NCBI GenBank assembly: GCA_951406725.2
Contig: OX597816.1
Coordinates: 89,156,001 to 89,220,000 of the forward strand
Length of the DNA: 64,000 nucleotides
Direction of reading: 5' to 3'
Origin: Octopus vulgaris
Lineage: Eukaryota
The notes under the pieces are model-generated. The model saw only the letters and a program-made list of their open reading frames with translations. It was not told the DNA's origin and did no database searches. The position numbers and the translations under genes are program-made. Each line of letters starts with the position of its first letter. Positions within the stretch are counted from its first letter, which is position 1. Below, piece after piece: positions 27,277 to 40,745 of this stretch.

Positions 27277-27721
27277 AATAACAAACAAGATGGTGGCAAA
27301 TGTCCGTCAATTGTACATAATGAAAATATGAATGTAAATTGATATGCAGTTTTAAGATTATTGACTGCAATGAACATTCCAACTTACACATGTCCTCCTA
27401 ATTCATAATGCTAAATTTATCTGTCTTGAACATGTTAATTTGTCAATATTGAAACATTTTAATTTGTCAGCATCGAAACTTTTTAAGATATTTTCCTAAT
27501 TCATAATTTTAAAATTTTATGATTGATAAACAAAGATGTTTTTCTAATTCATAACTTTAAACTTTTACCATTGATAAACAAAAAATGTTACTGAAACTAG
27601 TTTAGTATATATGTAAATAAATCAATTTTAAACATTTACGAGGCTTTGAAATTTATGTGCAATTTCAACAAAACATTTTCCTATATTTTTTCCTGCGTGG
27701 AAACACCACCACCCACTTTTT

Positions 27722-27830
<109 letters not shown>

Positions 27831-27833
27831 TAG

Positions 27834-27878
<45 letters not shown>

Positions 27879-27947
27879 TAGTTAGAGAGAGAGTAAATCA
27901 TTAGAAGCACATGCTTCTAGTGAGTTAGGATCTCAGAAAAACAGGGC

Positions 27948-28019
27948 TCTCACTGACGAATTCTCCCTGAGCAAATAAATTATCTTTATTGCTGAAAAGA
28001 AAGAAACTGCAGTCTGAGA
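27948..28019 (+). ncRNA. Type I hammerhead ribozyme motif with fully canonical core
   Basis: TCTCA-CTGACGA-attct...agcaaataaa(ttatc)tttattgct...agaaa-GAAACTGCAGTC-TGAGA. Perfect 5-bp stem I, palindrome ACTGCAGT, GUC cleavage triplet ending at 28014. Confidence 0.8.
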
Positions 28020-28201
28020 ATAACCGAGTTAGTAAATGTTTTTATCTTCATTTCACTTAATTTATCAAGCTTCTGTGTTCCTAGCACATATTTCGCCTTA
28101 ATGTACTGATATATGGAAAATATATGGCTTGTGTTAGTAATACCAGCGATTATAATTATTTTTATTTTATCGCAATTTGATTTGTTTATATATTTATTGT
28201 G

Positions 28202-28237
<36 letters not shown>

Positions 28238-28350
28238 TAAAAGGACAACACATGTGAAGACATGACAAACATCTCAAGTCATATACGATATATTTATTAG
28301 AAAAACTCAGTCTTACACCTGTTTCAAAGATATTCCAGAGTATGGGTTAT
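28238..28350 (-). repeat. Partial copy of the hammerhead-bearing family at 54290-55004
   Basis: aaaaggacaacac...atctcaagtcat...agtcttacacctgtttc...gatattcc resembles 54295-54410. The minus strand retains GAAACAGGTGTAAGAC. Confidence 0.5.
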
Positions 28351-28423
28351 TCCGACGAAAAATAGGGAAAATGAGATGGGTATAGATTAATGGAACGGCG
28401 ACATAAAGGACAGGAGAAAAATA

Positions 28424-29851
28424 AGACATGGCAGAAATAAATGGACATCCATTAAAACATCGTTTTATGTTTATTTTAACTTGAAAAGTTTTATATTTTT
28501 ATTGATTGACATCTTTTATGTTTCAGGTTCTATATGTAAGTGTTTCATCATGCCACATAGAAACGAAGCCTTGGAACTGTCCGAATTTCAAAGAGGCCAT
28601 ATTGTGGGTCAAACTGAAGTTGAACTTAGCGTAAAATCGCAGAAAACGTTGGGATCCTGCTTTCTACAGTTTACCTGAAAGGGGAAGGAGTCCACATCAC
28701 ATCACCAAGGTCAACCCGAACCCTCTGACAAGACTCTTCACTTCGTTAAGAGTATAATTCCCATTGCAAGGCCTCGGACATAGAAGAAAAGTAAATGTCA
28801 GTCCCAGAGCAGGTGTCAGTTATCTCCACAAGCAGCAAACGGAAACCCCTTTTTCGACCAGCAACTATCAAGCGGAAAAAGATTGTGTCAATAAGATGTT
28901 GGAGAGGCCACTAGCATTTTGGGACACTGTCATATTCTCTGATGACTCCAGATTTGCTTTATTATTTGACGGTGTTCGAGTGCAAGGCCTCGGACATAGA
29001 AGAACAAGTTGATGTCAGTCCCAGAGCAGGTTTCAGGTATCTCCACAAGTTCGACTACTATGGCAGAGCAGCAAGAAAGAAAACACTTCTTCGACCAGCG
29101 AATACCAGCAGAAAAAAGATTGAGTCGATAAGGTGGTGGAGAAGCCACTAGCATCTTGGGACACTATCATAATCTCTGATGACACCAGATTTGCTTTCTT
29201 TTCTGACGGTGATCGAGTGTGGGTCTGGAAACTCTGATCAAGAATTTGACATGAAAAGATTGCAGCCAACAATAAAATACGGCAGCTATTCTGTGATATC
29301 TGGGGAGCAATTTGGAGCAATAGTCAATCAGAGATGCTGGAGTATGAAAAAAACATAAACTCAGATAAATATGCGCCCATATTGCAGAAAGGACTCCTTC
29401 CTTACTTCTCCACTGGTAAAATGATAAAAGAAGACTAATTTTGGAAGATGTGGCTCCTTGTCACATGGCTAAAAAGACCCAAGATTGGTTAGAAGAGAAC
29501 GGCATTAAAAAGCTTCCATGGCCAAACAAGTCACCATAAATGAACTCTATTGGGCACCTCTGGGACATAATGGTGAGAACATTTCATAAAAAGAAAAACA
29601 AAGCATCCTCAAAGGCAGATCTTTTGGGATTACTCCATGAACTTTTGGCAAGGCATTACTCAAGAGAATATTCGTCATCTGATCAGTAGCATGCCAAATA
29701 GTGTCCTTGTATTGGAAAATGCAATAGGCATGTCTAATAAATATTAGATATTCACATTATGGTAATTAATAAATAATTTGAGTGTATTATTTCAGATTTA
29801 AATAAATTTTAACGATTACAAGGGTATCTATTTACTTCTGTCATGACTCTG
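28424..29851 (+). mobile_element. Decayed Tc1-family transposon with an internal tandem duplication
   Basis: TIR-like ends gacatggcagaaataaatggacatcc and gggtatctatttacttctgtcatgactctg. Translation: MPHRNEALELSEFQRGHIVGQ, WDTVIFSDDSRF (near-identical twice), EDVAPCH, WPNKSP*MNSIGHLW. Confidence 0.85.
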
Positions 29852-29864
29852 CGTTATATATATG

Positions 29865-31085
29865 AGAGTTAGCGGTGGGGAAACCAACCAAGGGATAGTG
29901 CCTATCCAATTTACTGCAGGTAATGTACCGAATTATTCATACCCAAATGCGGCTTATTGCGTGGCAATCTCGCAATTGAGTGTCATATATAGGAAATGGA
30001 CAAACTAGAAAAGTTATGACAATTAGCAAGGAACCGCACCCCAAAACGATACTGACAGACTGTATATGCCTAGAAACAGGGGTGGAAGATATCTCATAGG
30101 ATGCAAGATCTGTGTGGCCAACGAAAAGACCAGTCTGGGATGATACATCAGACAGTAAAGTGTATCCTTGCTTGCCGCTGTTAGAATGAACAATGTAGTA
30201 CCTACCGAAAATGCGATACACCTATAAACATTTAAGAAATGAAGCAGAAAGAGTAAAAAACTGGAAAATTAAACCGTGGCATGAGGAATATCTCAAAGAA
30301 ATCGAAAGAAAAGATAAGATCAACACTTGGAGATGGCTAAGAAAAAGTGATCTGAAAGGATGCACTGATATACAGCGCCCATGAACAAGCCCTGAGAACT
30401 AATTACACCAAGTTCCAAATAGATAAGAGTAGTAAATCGACCCCTTTGTAGGTTCTGTGGCAGCAGAAACGAAACAATGTCACATATTGTGAACGACTGG
30501 AGCAAGCTGGCCCAAAAGCACTAGAAAACGAAGCACGATAACGTGACTAAATTCGTCCATTGGAGACTATAGGAAAAGTACGGCCTGAATAGAGCACGAA
30601 AATTGTACGAACATGAGCCAGAAGGGGTACCGAGAACATTGTAGGATTTTACAATCCAGTGTGACTCCCTAATGGAGGCTCAGATACCAGATATTGTTGT
30701 CGTAGATAACGGAAAAAAGGAAATCAAGATCATAGATATCGCAATATATGGAGATGCGCGCATAAGTAACAAAGAACTAGAATAGACTGAAAATTACAGA
30801 CTACTAAAAGACGAAATTGCAAGAATGTGGACTATGAGGAGTGTGTCTATCATTCCAGTAGTTGTGGGGGCACTCGGAGCACTAACAACCAAGTTCCGGA
30901 AATATAACAAAGAAACCGGAATTGACATGAGAGCAGAGCAAGCTCAAAAACTGGTCTGCTGGAGACAGCTAGGATTTTGAGATTGGTACTTGGATGTTGA
31001 GTGTCTCCCACGATAATTAACAACCAAATATCAAATGTGCGGAAAGAGACCCTATGAGACCTCGGACAGCAGGCTATTGTCCTCT
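29865..31085 (+). mobile_element. R4/Dong-clade retrotransposon 3' relic
   Basis: Interrupted translation: HPKT..DRLYMPRNRGGR, WLRKSDLK, EQALRTN, CRFCGSRNETMSHIVND, HDNVTKFVHW, PDIVVVD, IIDIAI, IIPVVVGALG, ARILRLVL. Confidence 0.85.
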
Positions 31086-31189
31086 CTCACAGAATCTGCC
31101 AGAACAAAGAAGACCGAACGACCTGAGTATGACTCAAAAGCTCTAGACGAAAAGCTGAAGCGGGAGGACTGATTCTCGGTGCACACAAA

Positions 31190-32075
31190 CAATACCTGAC
31201 TACAAGCAACTATAAAAGCAAAATAATGAAAACAAGCCCTAACATCAAATGCAAAGTGTGTAGCCAGTCCAATGAGACAATTGATCACATCATCTCTAGC
31301 TGTCCAATCTTAGCTAAATATGAATATATATACAGTCATAACCGATTTAGTAGTTATATCCACTGGACAATATGCCAACAATACAAAAGGAAACTGACAA
31401 TAAATGGTATAACACGTCCCAAACAAGGTACATGACAACGCCCAGGCCATAATCATTTGGGATATGCCTGTTCAAACTGAAAAGAAATAAAAGTTAATCT
31501 CTCAGGCATAATAATCAAGGATTAGAAAAATACACCTGCTTACTGATAGATATTGCAGTCCGTTCTGACGAAAATATTTCTCAAAGAGAAATGGTGAAAT
31601 TTTTAAAGTACAAAGACCTCGAAATTAAAGTATTCAAGATATGGGGTAGGAAGGTGGAAACAATAACAGTAATAACTGGAACACTGGGCATGATAAAAAA
31701 ACATATGAACACTCAACACTACACGTTACCCCCAAAATAGCTCTGCTAGGAACAGCCTACATCCTGCGCAAGACACTGTCAATTCAATAATAGAAGCCAA
31801 GCAAAACAATCGAAAGACACAAGATACAATCATTATAGCAAATATCCAATAAAATAAACAACCACCAGCACGGTGATACCCAACGCATTACGCATGTAAC
31901 AGACAATACAAACACTAATACAACAAAAGACATTAACGCATAACAAAATAAATTAATGCAATGCAATACCCAGTAGAGTTTGTACGTCCTCAACAATAAG
32001 AAAAAAACACAATACTGAACAGGCTCTGGCAACACGGAGGTGTAGCAAGTTATGCAGTAGAAGTTTGCCTGAAAC
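31190..32075 (+). mobile_element. R4/Dong-clade retrotransposon 3' relic ending in (AAT)n
   Basis: CKVCSQSNETIDHIISSCP...HNRFSSYIHWTIC; IIWDMPV; LIDIAVRSD; KYKDLEI; TAYILRKTLSIQ*. A 3' UTR and (AAT)n from 32080 follow. Confidence 0.85.
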
Positions 32076-32079
32076 TACC

Positions 32080-32080
32080 A

Positions 32081-32154
<74 letters not shown>

Positions 32155-32237
32155 GAAGAAGAAGAAGAAGAAGAAGAAGAAGAAGAAGAAGAAGAAGAAG
32201 AACAACAACAACAACAACAATAAAAATAATAATAATC

Positions 32238-32280
<43 letters not shown>

Positions 32281-32290
32281 TAGTAATAAT
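32080..32290. repeat. Compound (AAT)n-(GAA)n-(CAA)n-(AAT)n microsatellite
   Basis: Direct reading. Confidence 0.95.
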
Positions 32291-32428
32291 GAAGTACCAG
32301 GCAGTGGTCCTCATTGCTTCTGATCTTAACTGATGGGAAGTGTTATCATGTACATGTTTTGTTTTGCTATAAAAACACGGGCTACAGCAAATTTAAGTAT
32401 GTCGGTAGCTGACAATATGTGCATTTCT

Positions 32429-33585
32429 AAGTTAAGTTAATTTTTTGGCTCAAAAAGCAAAAAGCAAGGCCATGTAGGGGGACATGGAGTTATGTACAGG
32501 GTGGTGTTCATGCAAATAGTTCAGGCCATTTCTGGTCAAGAGAGACTTTGAACTGAGCGGTCGTCGGCATCTTCACTATCTCGTCCGGCAGCTTATTCCA
32601 CGGATCCGCAACCCGGACGGAGAAAGCCCCTCTCCTTCGATTGAGATGAAATCGTCCCAGATAGAGCTTTTCGATGTGACTACGCAGCCGACACTCTGGA
32701 GCAGGAGTGAAGAACAGCTCTTTCGAGAGGTTTCACTTTCCGCTTATGATGTTGTGAGCAAGAATGAGATCACCACGGCGTCGTCGTTTTTCTAGAGAAT
32801 AAAGGTCGAGCGTCTTCAGCCTTTCTTCATAAGACAAATGCTTGAGACCAAGAACTATGCGGGTAGCCAGCTTCTGGACTTTTTCGAGATGATGTATGTC
32901 TTTGAGGAGATAAGGAGAAGCGGCTTGACTCCCGTACTCCAATATGGGTCTCACCAGCGTGACATAGAGCGTTAGGAATACGGCTGCTGTGAGCATTCCG
33001 AATGACCGTCGAATCAAAAACAGAACTCCGCGTGCTTTGTTGGCAGCATGGACGCACTGGGCCGAAGGCGAAAAGGAAGAATCCACCGAGATACCCAGGT
33101 CCTTTACCTGGTCGGTCCTCTCCAGCAGCAGATGACCCAGCTCGAAATCAAGTTGAGTTGCAGGAGAAGAGCCAACAGGCAGATGACAGCACTTTGACAC
33201 GTTCAGACACAGGTCCCATTCGTTAGACCATCTCCAAACTTGGTGGAGGCATCGACGAAGATCATCTAAATCACCGCGAGGAGCGACCAGTTTGGCATCA
33301 TCGGCAAATAGAAGGGTGTGTTGCGTGAGGTCGTCGGGCAAGTCATTTACGAAGACTAAGAACAATAAGGGCCAAAGCACTGAACCTTGAGGCACGCCAC
33401 TACTCGCACTGGAGACGTCGGACAGTGAACCATTAATTTGGACTTGGAGGGAGCGATCTGTGAGGAAGGCACCAATCCATCGTACAATATCTGGATGGAA
33501 ACTATATGCTTGAAGCTTGACAAGTAATAGGCGGTGGTTTACCGAGTCAAAAGCTTTGGCAAAGTCCGATAAAACGATGTCAACA
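32429..33585 (-). mobile_element. 5'-truncated CR1-group LINE (RT C-terminal half plus 3' UTR) with an 8-bp TSD
   Basis: ORF 32733..33599: DFAKAFDSVNH, SGVPQGSVL, LFADDAKL, KDLGI, VRPILEY, LEKRRRRGDLI. 3' tail (TTAAC)n. GCATTTCT is duplicated at 32421-32428 and 33586-33593. Confidence 0.9.
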
Positions 33586-33860
33586 GCATTTCTGATCAAG
33601 AGCAGGAGTAGTAGCGGAGCATTATAGCCATTTGTTAAAGGAATTTATTGGATGTTGAATAATTCACCTCTGGAACATAGCTGTTTTGTTTATCATCTCT
33701 AAATACCCATTTTTCGAGGACCTTTTGAGCCAGATTGGTTACTCGACTCGAGAAATTATTTCCATGTCAAAATACAGTGAATGGCTTTATAACAGGTTCT
33801 AGTATGCCTTAAGTATGTTTGAAATGGTAGCAATTGCGTGTGTAGTGCATATATATGTGT

Positions 33861-33895
<35 letters not shown>

Positions 33896-33901
33896 CATAT
33901 A

Positions 33902-33959
<58 letters not shown>

Positions 33960-35702
33960 CAACAATTGAGGGTGAAATTAATTAATTATTAATCAATTTC
34001 ACCAAGTGTTCAGTATGCAGAAGTGTCAGTTCAGAAGTGTCGTGTTGACTAATCTTGAAACGTACGTTCTCAAATAACCTTTGCATTTGATTTTTTGATG
34101 TCTTTACCCCCAAACTTTCGTGAGTTGAGTTGAGCAAACACTATATGAGAGAGGTTTTCTTTAAGTATTAGAAATAGTTTTAAAAAAGTTTTTAAGCTGC
34201 TATTTCTAATGAGTTCAGTATGCGGCAAAGTAATTTATTTTACTAAGCCCTTTTATATAATATATATATATATATATGTATATGTATATATGTATGTATG
34301 TAGATAGATATATATATATATATATACAAACACACATTCATAACCTACTGTATCTTCTGTATCTTCTTATCTTTTATTTGTTTCAGTCATTAGGCTGCGA
34401 CCATGCTGGGGCACCAGATACAGTTCTACTTAGAAAATCATTATATATATTAAAGAAAAAACATTGAAACTAGCATATAAAGAAAATAAACAGTGGTGAT
34501 AAAGTTTTTCTGCAATTTTTAAGTATTTTATTTACAAATATGGCAAATAGTTTTAAGTAATTTTTTCTCATGTGACGTGTCCCTATGAGGAAACATTTTT
34601 CAAAACTTTATACGTGAGTGTATATATATACATATTTGTGTGTGTGTGTATACACACCCACAAACATACGGATATAAATTTCCAGGTACATATATGTGTG
34701 TGTCTGTATGCACATGATTAGGTGTGTCAATATAGAATATATGTGCATCCTTGTATATGATAACTATTGATATTTACTTACATATCCCACCTTGAATATC
34801 ATAAACAGCGTAATCGGTTCAACACAGACACCCAACTAATATACAATCTCATTAGTAATCTCCACAGATCTATAAACAAACATATTAAATAGAAATTTAG
34901 AGTATTTAGTAAGTTCTTCTTTGTAAACCTTTACTGTCGTTGAACAATTGGCGTAGTCCCAATTGTTTTAACTACCGATAATACATATGTAATTATGTGT
35001 ATATATATATATATGTGTGTGTGTGTGTATGCGTGTGTTTATATATATATTTGCATTCATGTGTGTATACTTCTAGGTATGTGTGTGTTACTGTGTATAT
35101 GTAAATATGTATATATATATACATATATGTAAACACTTACACACACATAAATGACATATATATTTACTTATATATACATACATACATACATACATACATA
35201 CATACATACATACATACATACACATGCATGTGTGTCTACGTGCGTTTCTTTTTAATGTCTTATATACAGCAGAACGTGAGTCGCCAAGTATTGATTTTCC
35301 ATTATTGAAACTAAATTAGAATTCTCTATTTCCATATTCCCAAAGATGCCACATAGCTTCTCTGTGAATATTGGTAATTGTATTTTGGATCTTCTCTTCC
35401 TGTTAGTTATTCATGTACCCGATTGACTAGGACACTTCACGTTTCCATTCCGTGTTCTGTGTTTCAGCACTCTTTTTCTTTTATCGCTGGTAACTTGCCA
35501 AATCTGAAAATATTAGTTTGACATTCATGCTACTTTGGAAGCTTATTTGTTGAAGATATGTCATATGATATATGTTGCAGGTATAGAGACAACAGTTGGC
35601 GCTTTCTTTAAGTACGGAGATTACTCTAATCACACACGTTGCTTATATGTGTGAAAGATTTAGCAAAATACTTAGAGAGAGTGTATAAATATATAGATAT
35701 AT

Positions 35703-35762
<60 letters not shown>

Positions 35763-36169
35763 GCATCCTGAGTGCACGTGTGAAAATGAGCGTTCTATCT
35801 GTGTAAAACGAGGATATGAACCAAATATGTATGGATAAAATTCCTTAAATAAATTATATTAAACTGCATACATGTTTATATAAAATAAGACAAATACACT
35901 GCATCTTCGTTTGCTGTGTTGTTTGTGTACCCGTCAAATATTCCTTAGAAAATAATTGGTCAACATGTGTTGCAGAGGTCCGATCTGGTTACTAAATAAA
36001 ATACATGATTCCATTTCTTTTAAATTTCAGTTTGTGATCTATCGCTTTTTCTGTGCTGGTCTAGCAGTTTCCGAATGTATATTACATACACAGATACATA
36101 CAGATATTCAAATAAACATATATCTATGAATATATGTATATAGGTACGTTTGTGAATGTATCTGTGTGC

Positions 36170-36219
<50 letters not shown>

Positions 36220-36507
36220 GTATAAGTAGTAGTAGTAGTAGTTGTAGTAGTAGTAGTAGTAGTCCATATTTTTATTATTATTACCAGTGACGGTTTCTTT
36301 CAAAGTTATCCTCATATTGGCTACTCACTTAAGTAGCCTGTACTGGCGAATCTTCAAAGTAAGAGTCACTATTAATTATATATATTATGGTGACACCACA
36401 ATAAGTATTGAGGCATTCCTTTAGTGAAGGTTTTGCGCACTTAAGTAGACAGTGCTAAGTATGTAGATATGTGTATATGCCAATCCGCTTATACGTGTAT
36501 ATATATA

Positions 36508-36608
<101 letters not shown>

Positions 36609-37123
36609 ATATAATATATATATATATGTGTGTATATATGTATATATACACATACATATATACATACATACTTACATATGTCTGTATACTAATATCGTTT
36701 TAAAATATATACCTATATTTACACATATATTTATATCATATCTATATATACATACATAGAGAGAGAAAGAGGGGGAGAAAAGGAAAGAGAGAGAAAGAGA
36801 TATACAATAAGACATATAGATAGAAAAAAACAGTCCTGTATATATACATACACATATACTAAGGTAAATTAGAAAGTATTGCAACTTTTATTTGCGTTAA
36901 GTTTTACTCACCCTCAATCATGCATACGTACATACAAGCACACATACATACTTCATTTCCTTTTGAAAGTAAAATATATTTGATAATCTACTCTAATATA
37001 TCGAGTGTCCTTCAATTAATATTTGACTATCACTGTATATACCTATGGTCAAGCTTATGTATATGTATGTGTGCGTGTGTGAGATGCATATGTGCGTGTG
37101 TGAGATGCATATGTGCGTCTGTG

Positions 37124-37163
<40 letters not shown>

Positions 37164-37365
37164 TATATATACATGAATGCGTGTATAGCGAGGGACAGGC
37201 AAGCAGACCGACAGGAGGAGACATACATAAATACATGCAGTCACACACATACACCACACACCAGACGCAAAAAATAGATACAAAGATATTTGTAGATGTG
37301 TGTGCGTGTGTGAGTGTCCGCGTGTATGTGTATCTGTGTGAGTGTGTGTGTTTGTGTGGAGTGTG

Positions 37366-37424
<59 letters not shown>

Positions 37425-37609
37425 TGTACGTGTGCATACATATGTAGGTATGTACCCCAGGATGGATTGTGAAAATTACCAGTATGGCGCTGGTGTCTCT
37501 TTTCCATAGCATCAAATATATCTGAATATCTACTTCATATTTCTCTTCATATTTCTTTCACTACTCCTTCTGCATGCTAAAGAATATAGTTTTTTACTAT
37601 TATTGCCAA

Positions 37610-37873
<264 letters not shown>

Positions 37874-37877
37874 ATAA

Positions 37878-38339
37878 TATAAAAGATGGGCTACAGCAAA
37901 TATTCTGCTCAATACCACAGATTTGCTTGTCAGTTGTTTGACTTTAACCTGTTGAGCATGTCCCTTAGTGGCTGACGATATGTGTATCTCTGATCACGAG
38001 CAGAAGTAGTGGGGGAGCATCATAGCCATGTGTTGAGTGGGATTCTTTGGGGTCTGAATAATTCACCTCTGGAAACATGGGTGGTTCTTTTAAAATCCTT
38101 AAACAACCCTTATTCAGGGACCTTTTGAGCGGGATGGGCTACTCAACCTGAAGAAAATTCTAACTGGGCCCCACCTGCAAGGTCATGTGCTGTTTATCTT
38201 TTTATGAGATCACCATGTCGCGCACATATGGTTGTGATGCCTGGTGTACCCTTATCAGACGAGTAGTCATGATGGGTATATTGGGCTTCGTATATTTTAC
38301 CCCAGTGTCACTTTGATAGCATGAACTGCTCTCTCACTC

Positions 38340-38340
<1 letters not shown>
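37878..38340 (+). mobile_element. Non-coding interspersed repeat ending in (AAT)n; older copy at 32291-32428 plus 33594-33760
   Basis: ataaaagatgggctacagcaaat...gctgacgatatgtg...ctgatcacgagcagaagtagt...gaataattcacctctgga...ggaccttttgagc is shared with the copy split by the CR1 insertion. Confidence 0.75.
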
Positions 38341-38399
<59 letters not shown>

Positions 38400-39245
38400 G
38401 AAAGAAAAATTTAAACAAGAAATTCACAAAAAAAGACAAAGCATGAAAGGAATAAATGTACGATCAGTTTACAAGAAACATGAACGCCAAGACAGATACA
38501 GAAGACCGGTGGCTATGGATGAGGTGAAGTAACATGAAAAACTCATATGCACAGCTCAAGAACAAGCGTTAAGGACCAATTATATGAAGTGCAGATTTGA
38601 CAACGCTACCGATAGCGACAAATTTAGAGGGGTGAAATGATATGGCACATCGTTAGCGAATGTGGCACAACGCGAATACAAAAGACGACATGATAATGGG
38701 GCAAGAATGATATATTGGAAGCTCTATGGAAATCACGGCTTACAAAGAGCAAAGACGTGGTAAGCACAAACCCCAGAAAGAGTCATCGAAAATGAGAACT
38801 GCAAAATCCTATGGGATGTGATGATCCAGTGCGATCACCTAACCAGACATAGAAAACCGGACATTGTTGTGGTGAATAAAAAGAAAAGAACATGCATGAT
38901 AATTGACATAGCATGCCTCAGTGGCAACAGGCCCGATGTAAACGAAGAAAAATATAAACAACTATGACGATTTAAAGTGGGAATTACGAAGATTGTAGAC
39001 AGTGACGAGAGTAGACATGATACCAATAGTAATTGGTGCACTTGAAATTATCAGCATTCGACTACGAACACGGCTGAAAAAGATCGTTGAAAATGTGAAG
39101 GTGGAACATTTACAAAAATCAGCATTGCTTGGAACTGTAAGAATTTTTCACAGGGTCCTTGAAGCATAACCAGTAACCAAGTGTCACAGTCTGCTGGCTG
39201 TGGACAGCTGACACTTTCCATCATACTCAGCAAAATAAGCTTGGT
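38400..39245 (+). mobile_element. R4/Dong-clade retrotransposon 3' relic
   Basis: AQEQALRTNY, WHIVSEC, YKRRHDN, ILWDVMIQCDH...RKPDIVV, MIIDIAC, IPIVIGAL, KSALLGTVRI. Starts right after (AAT)n. Confidence 0.85.
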
Positions 39246-39254
39246 GTTCAGAAC

Positions 39255-40745
39255 TAATTTCGCTGCCAGCAGGTCGGTCGCTATGCCCGTATTGAGTGCC
39301 TCTTCTAATTTCTTAACTACTCTAGTCTTCTTTCTACTCTAGTCTTCTCTATCGCTTGTTCTCTGCTTAATTCTACAGCTTCTACTCTAATAGCCAGTTT
39401 TAGAAATCCCCACAATCGGTTGTTCACGACTGCACCCGTCAACTTTCGATGGACTAATTTGCTAAGCCCGTCTCTGAAAGCTTGACGCATCGGGACGCAT
39501 TCAGCTTCCAGTATCCGGGTCCCTGCCTATGGAGCCTATCTAGTTGCACCATATAGATCAACAATTTGTGGTCTGTGGTCTGTGTAGTGGACGAATTCAA
39601 ATTGTGGACAACCTATGCTATTCCTATCTGCTGGCCTACAAAACCCTGTATAGAAAAGATCTGGATGTCCCGACAAATTTGCCCATGTCCACACTGTAGT
39701 GTTCGGGAAATCCTGTCTGAACTTGTTCCCAGTTGGAAACGATGGAGGCAGGTTTGCGAAGCTTGCACACCCACTTTCCTATCCGCTAGCCCCATCCAAT
39801 CCACACGTGCATCCAAAATGGTTTTGCAATCGCCCACTATCACTAAAGAGTGAGACGTCCCTAAAAAAAGCCTCCCGGTGTCTGAAGAACTCCAGTTGGT
39901 GCGTACACCGCGACCAGTCTAAAAGAACTGACTTCGTTATCGTTCACGTCCAGGACCACCGACTTACCTTCCGGATCCAGGAAAAGCGACTGTATCTCGA
40001 GATCCAGACCTTTTCTGAACACTGCCACTCCATTATTTCTGGTCGACTAAGAAATGCGAAAATTTCAGTCATCGGAAATGGGAACTAAGGCCTCTGTATC
40101 CTTGATCCTGGTCTCACTGACGTCTATTAGATCCAGACTTAGCCGTCTGAGGTCGTTGCGCAAGCGTCCTTGGTTCCACGACGACGCCAGGACACGCACA
40201 TTTATACAACCTACTTTTAGAATCGCCATGATGGCCAGAAAGTAAAGAAACGAAAAAGAGAGTGTTACTTACCCTCCTGGTGTTGTTTGTGGTCGAGTGG
40301 TTCTTCTACCCTGTCTTTTGTTGGGTTCCTCTGGAAACCCCCTTAAAAGCCATCTACCGGCCGTTACATTGAGAGATCGTATGTCATACGGGTAGCTCCG
40401 CTTAATGCTCGTATAAGTCTCTAATATCATTCGCAATATCATTAGCTATCCGGTACTCGAAAAGTGTTGGGGCTGCAAATCACCCCCTCTGTTTCAATGT
40501 TCTTGTTTTGTGTTATGAGAGCCATCAGCTTTTCATTGTTTCTAGCACGAAATCCCGCTGCTGCACGGATGGTTGTTGTTGTAGTGACATTTTTCTTTTT
40601 AAAGTCTGTTGTGTTTTTGATTCTGTTGTAGGTATCTGTGATGGTGATGGTGATTGTGGTGCTTGTAGTATTGGTCTTGTCATCAGTGTGTCTGTGTTTA
40701 CCGTTTCTGGGGTTTCTCCCTTTTTTTCTGTGAGTCGGCGAAAAA
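39255..40745 (-). mobile_element. Tx1/L1-clade LINE fragment (probable ORF1 end plus ORF2 APE domain)
   Basis: ORF2 starts at 40229: MAILKVGCINVRVL...DLIDVSETR; then VLDVNDNEVSSFRLVAVYAP, IVGDCKTILDARVD, KLAIRVEAV...KKLEEAL. Several frameshifts. Confidence 0.75.

Noticed and set aside
35429-35505. Possible minus-strand exon after aactaatattttcag (IWQVTSDKRKRVLKHR...)
   Set aside because: Weak donor, short, and no homology that I can recognise.
36287-36370. Minus-strand TTGAAGA...GAAACCGTC with an internal hairpin
   Set aside because: Stems I and II do not pair in canonical register, so it was not counted as a ribozyme.
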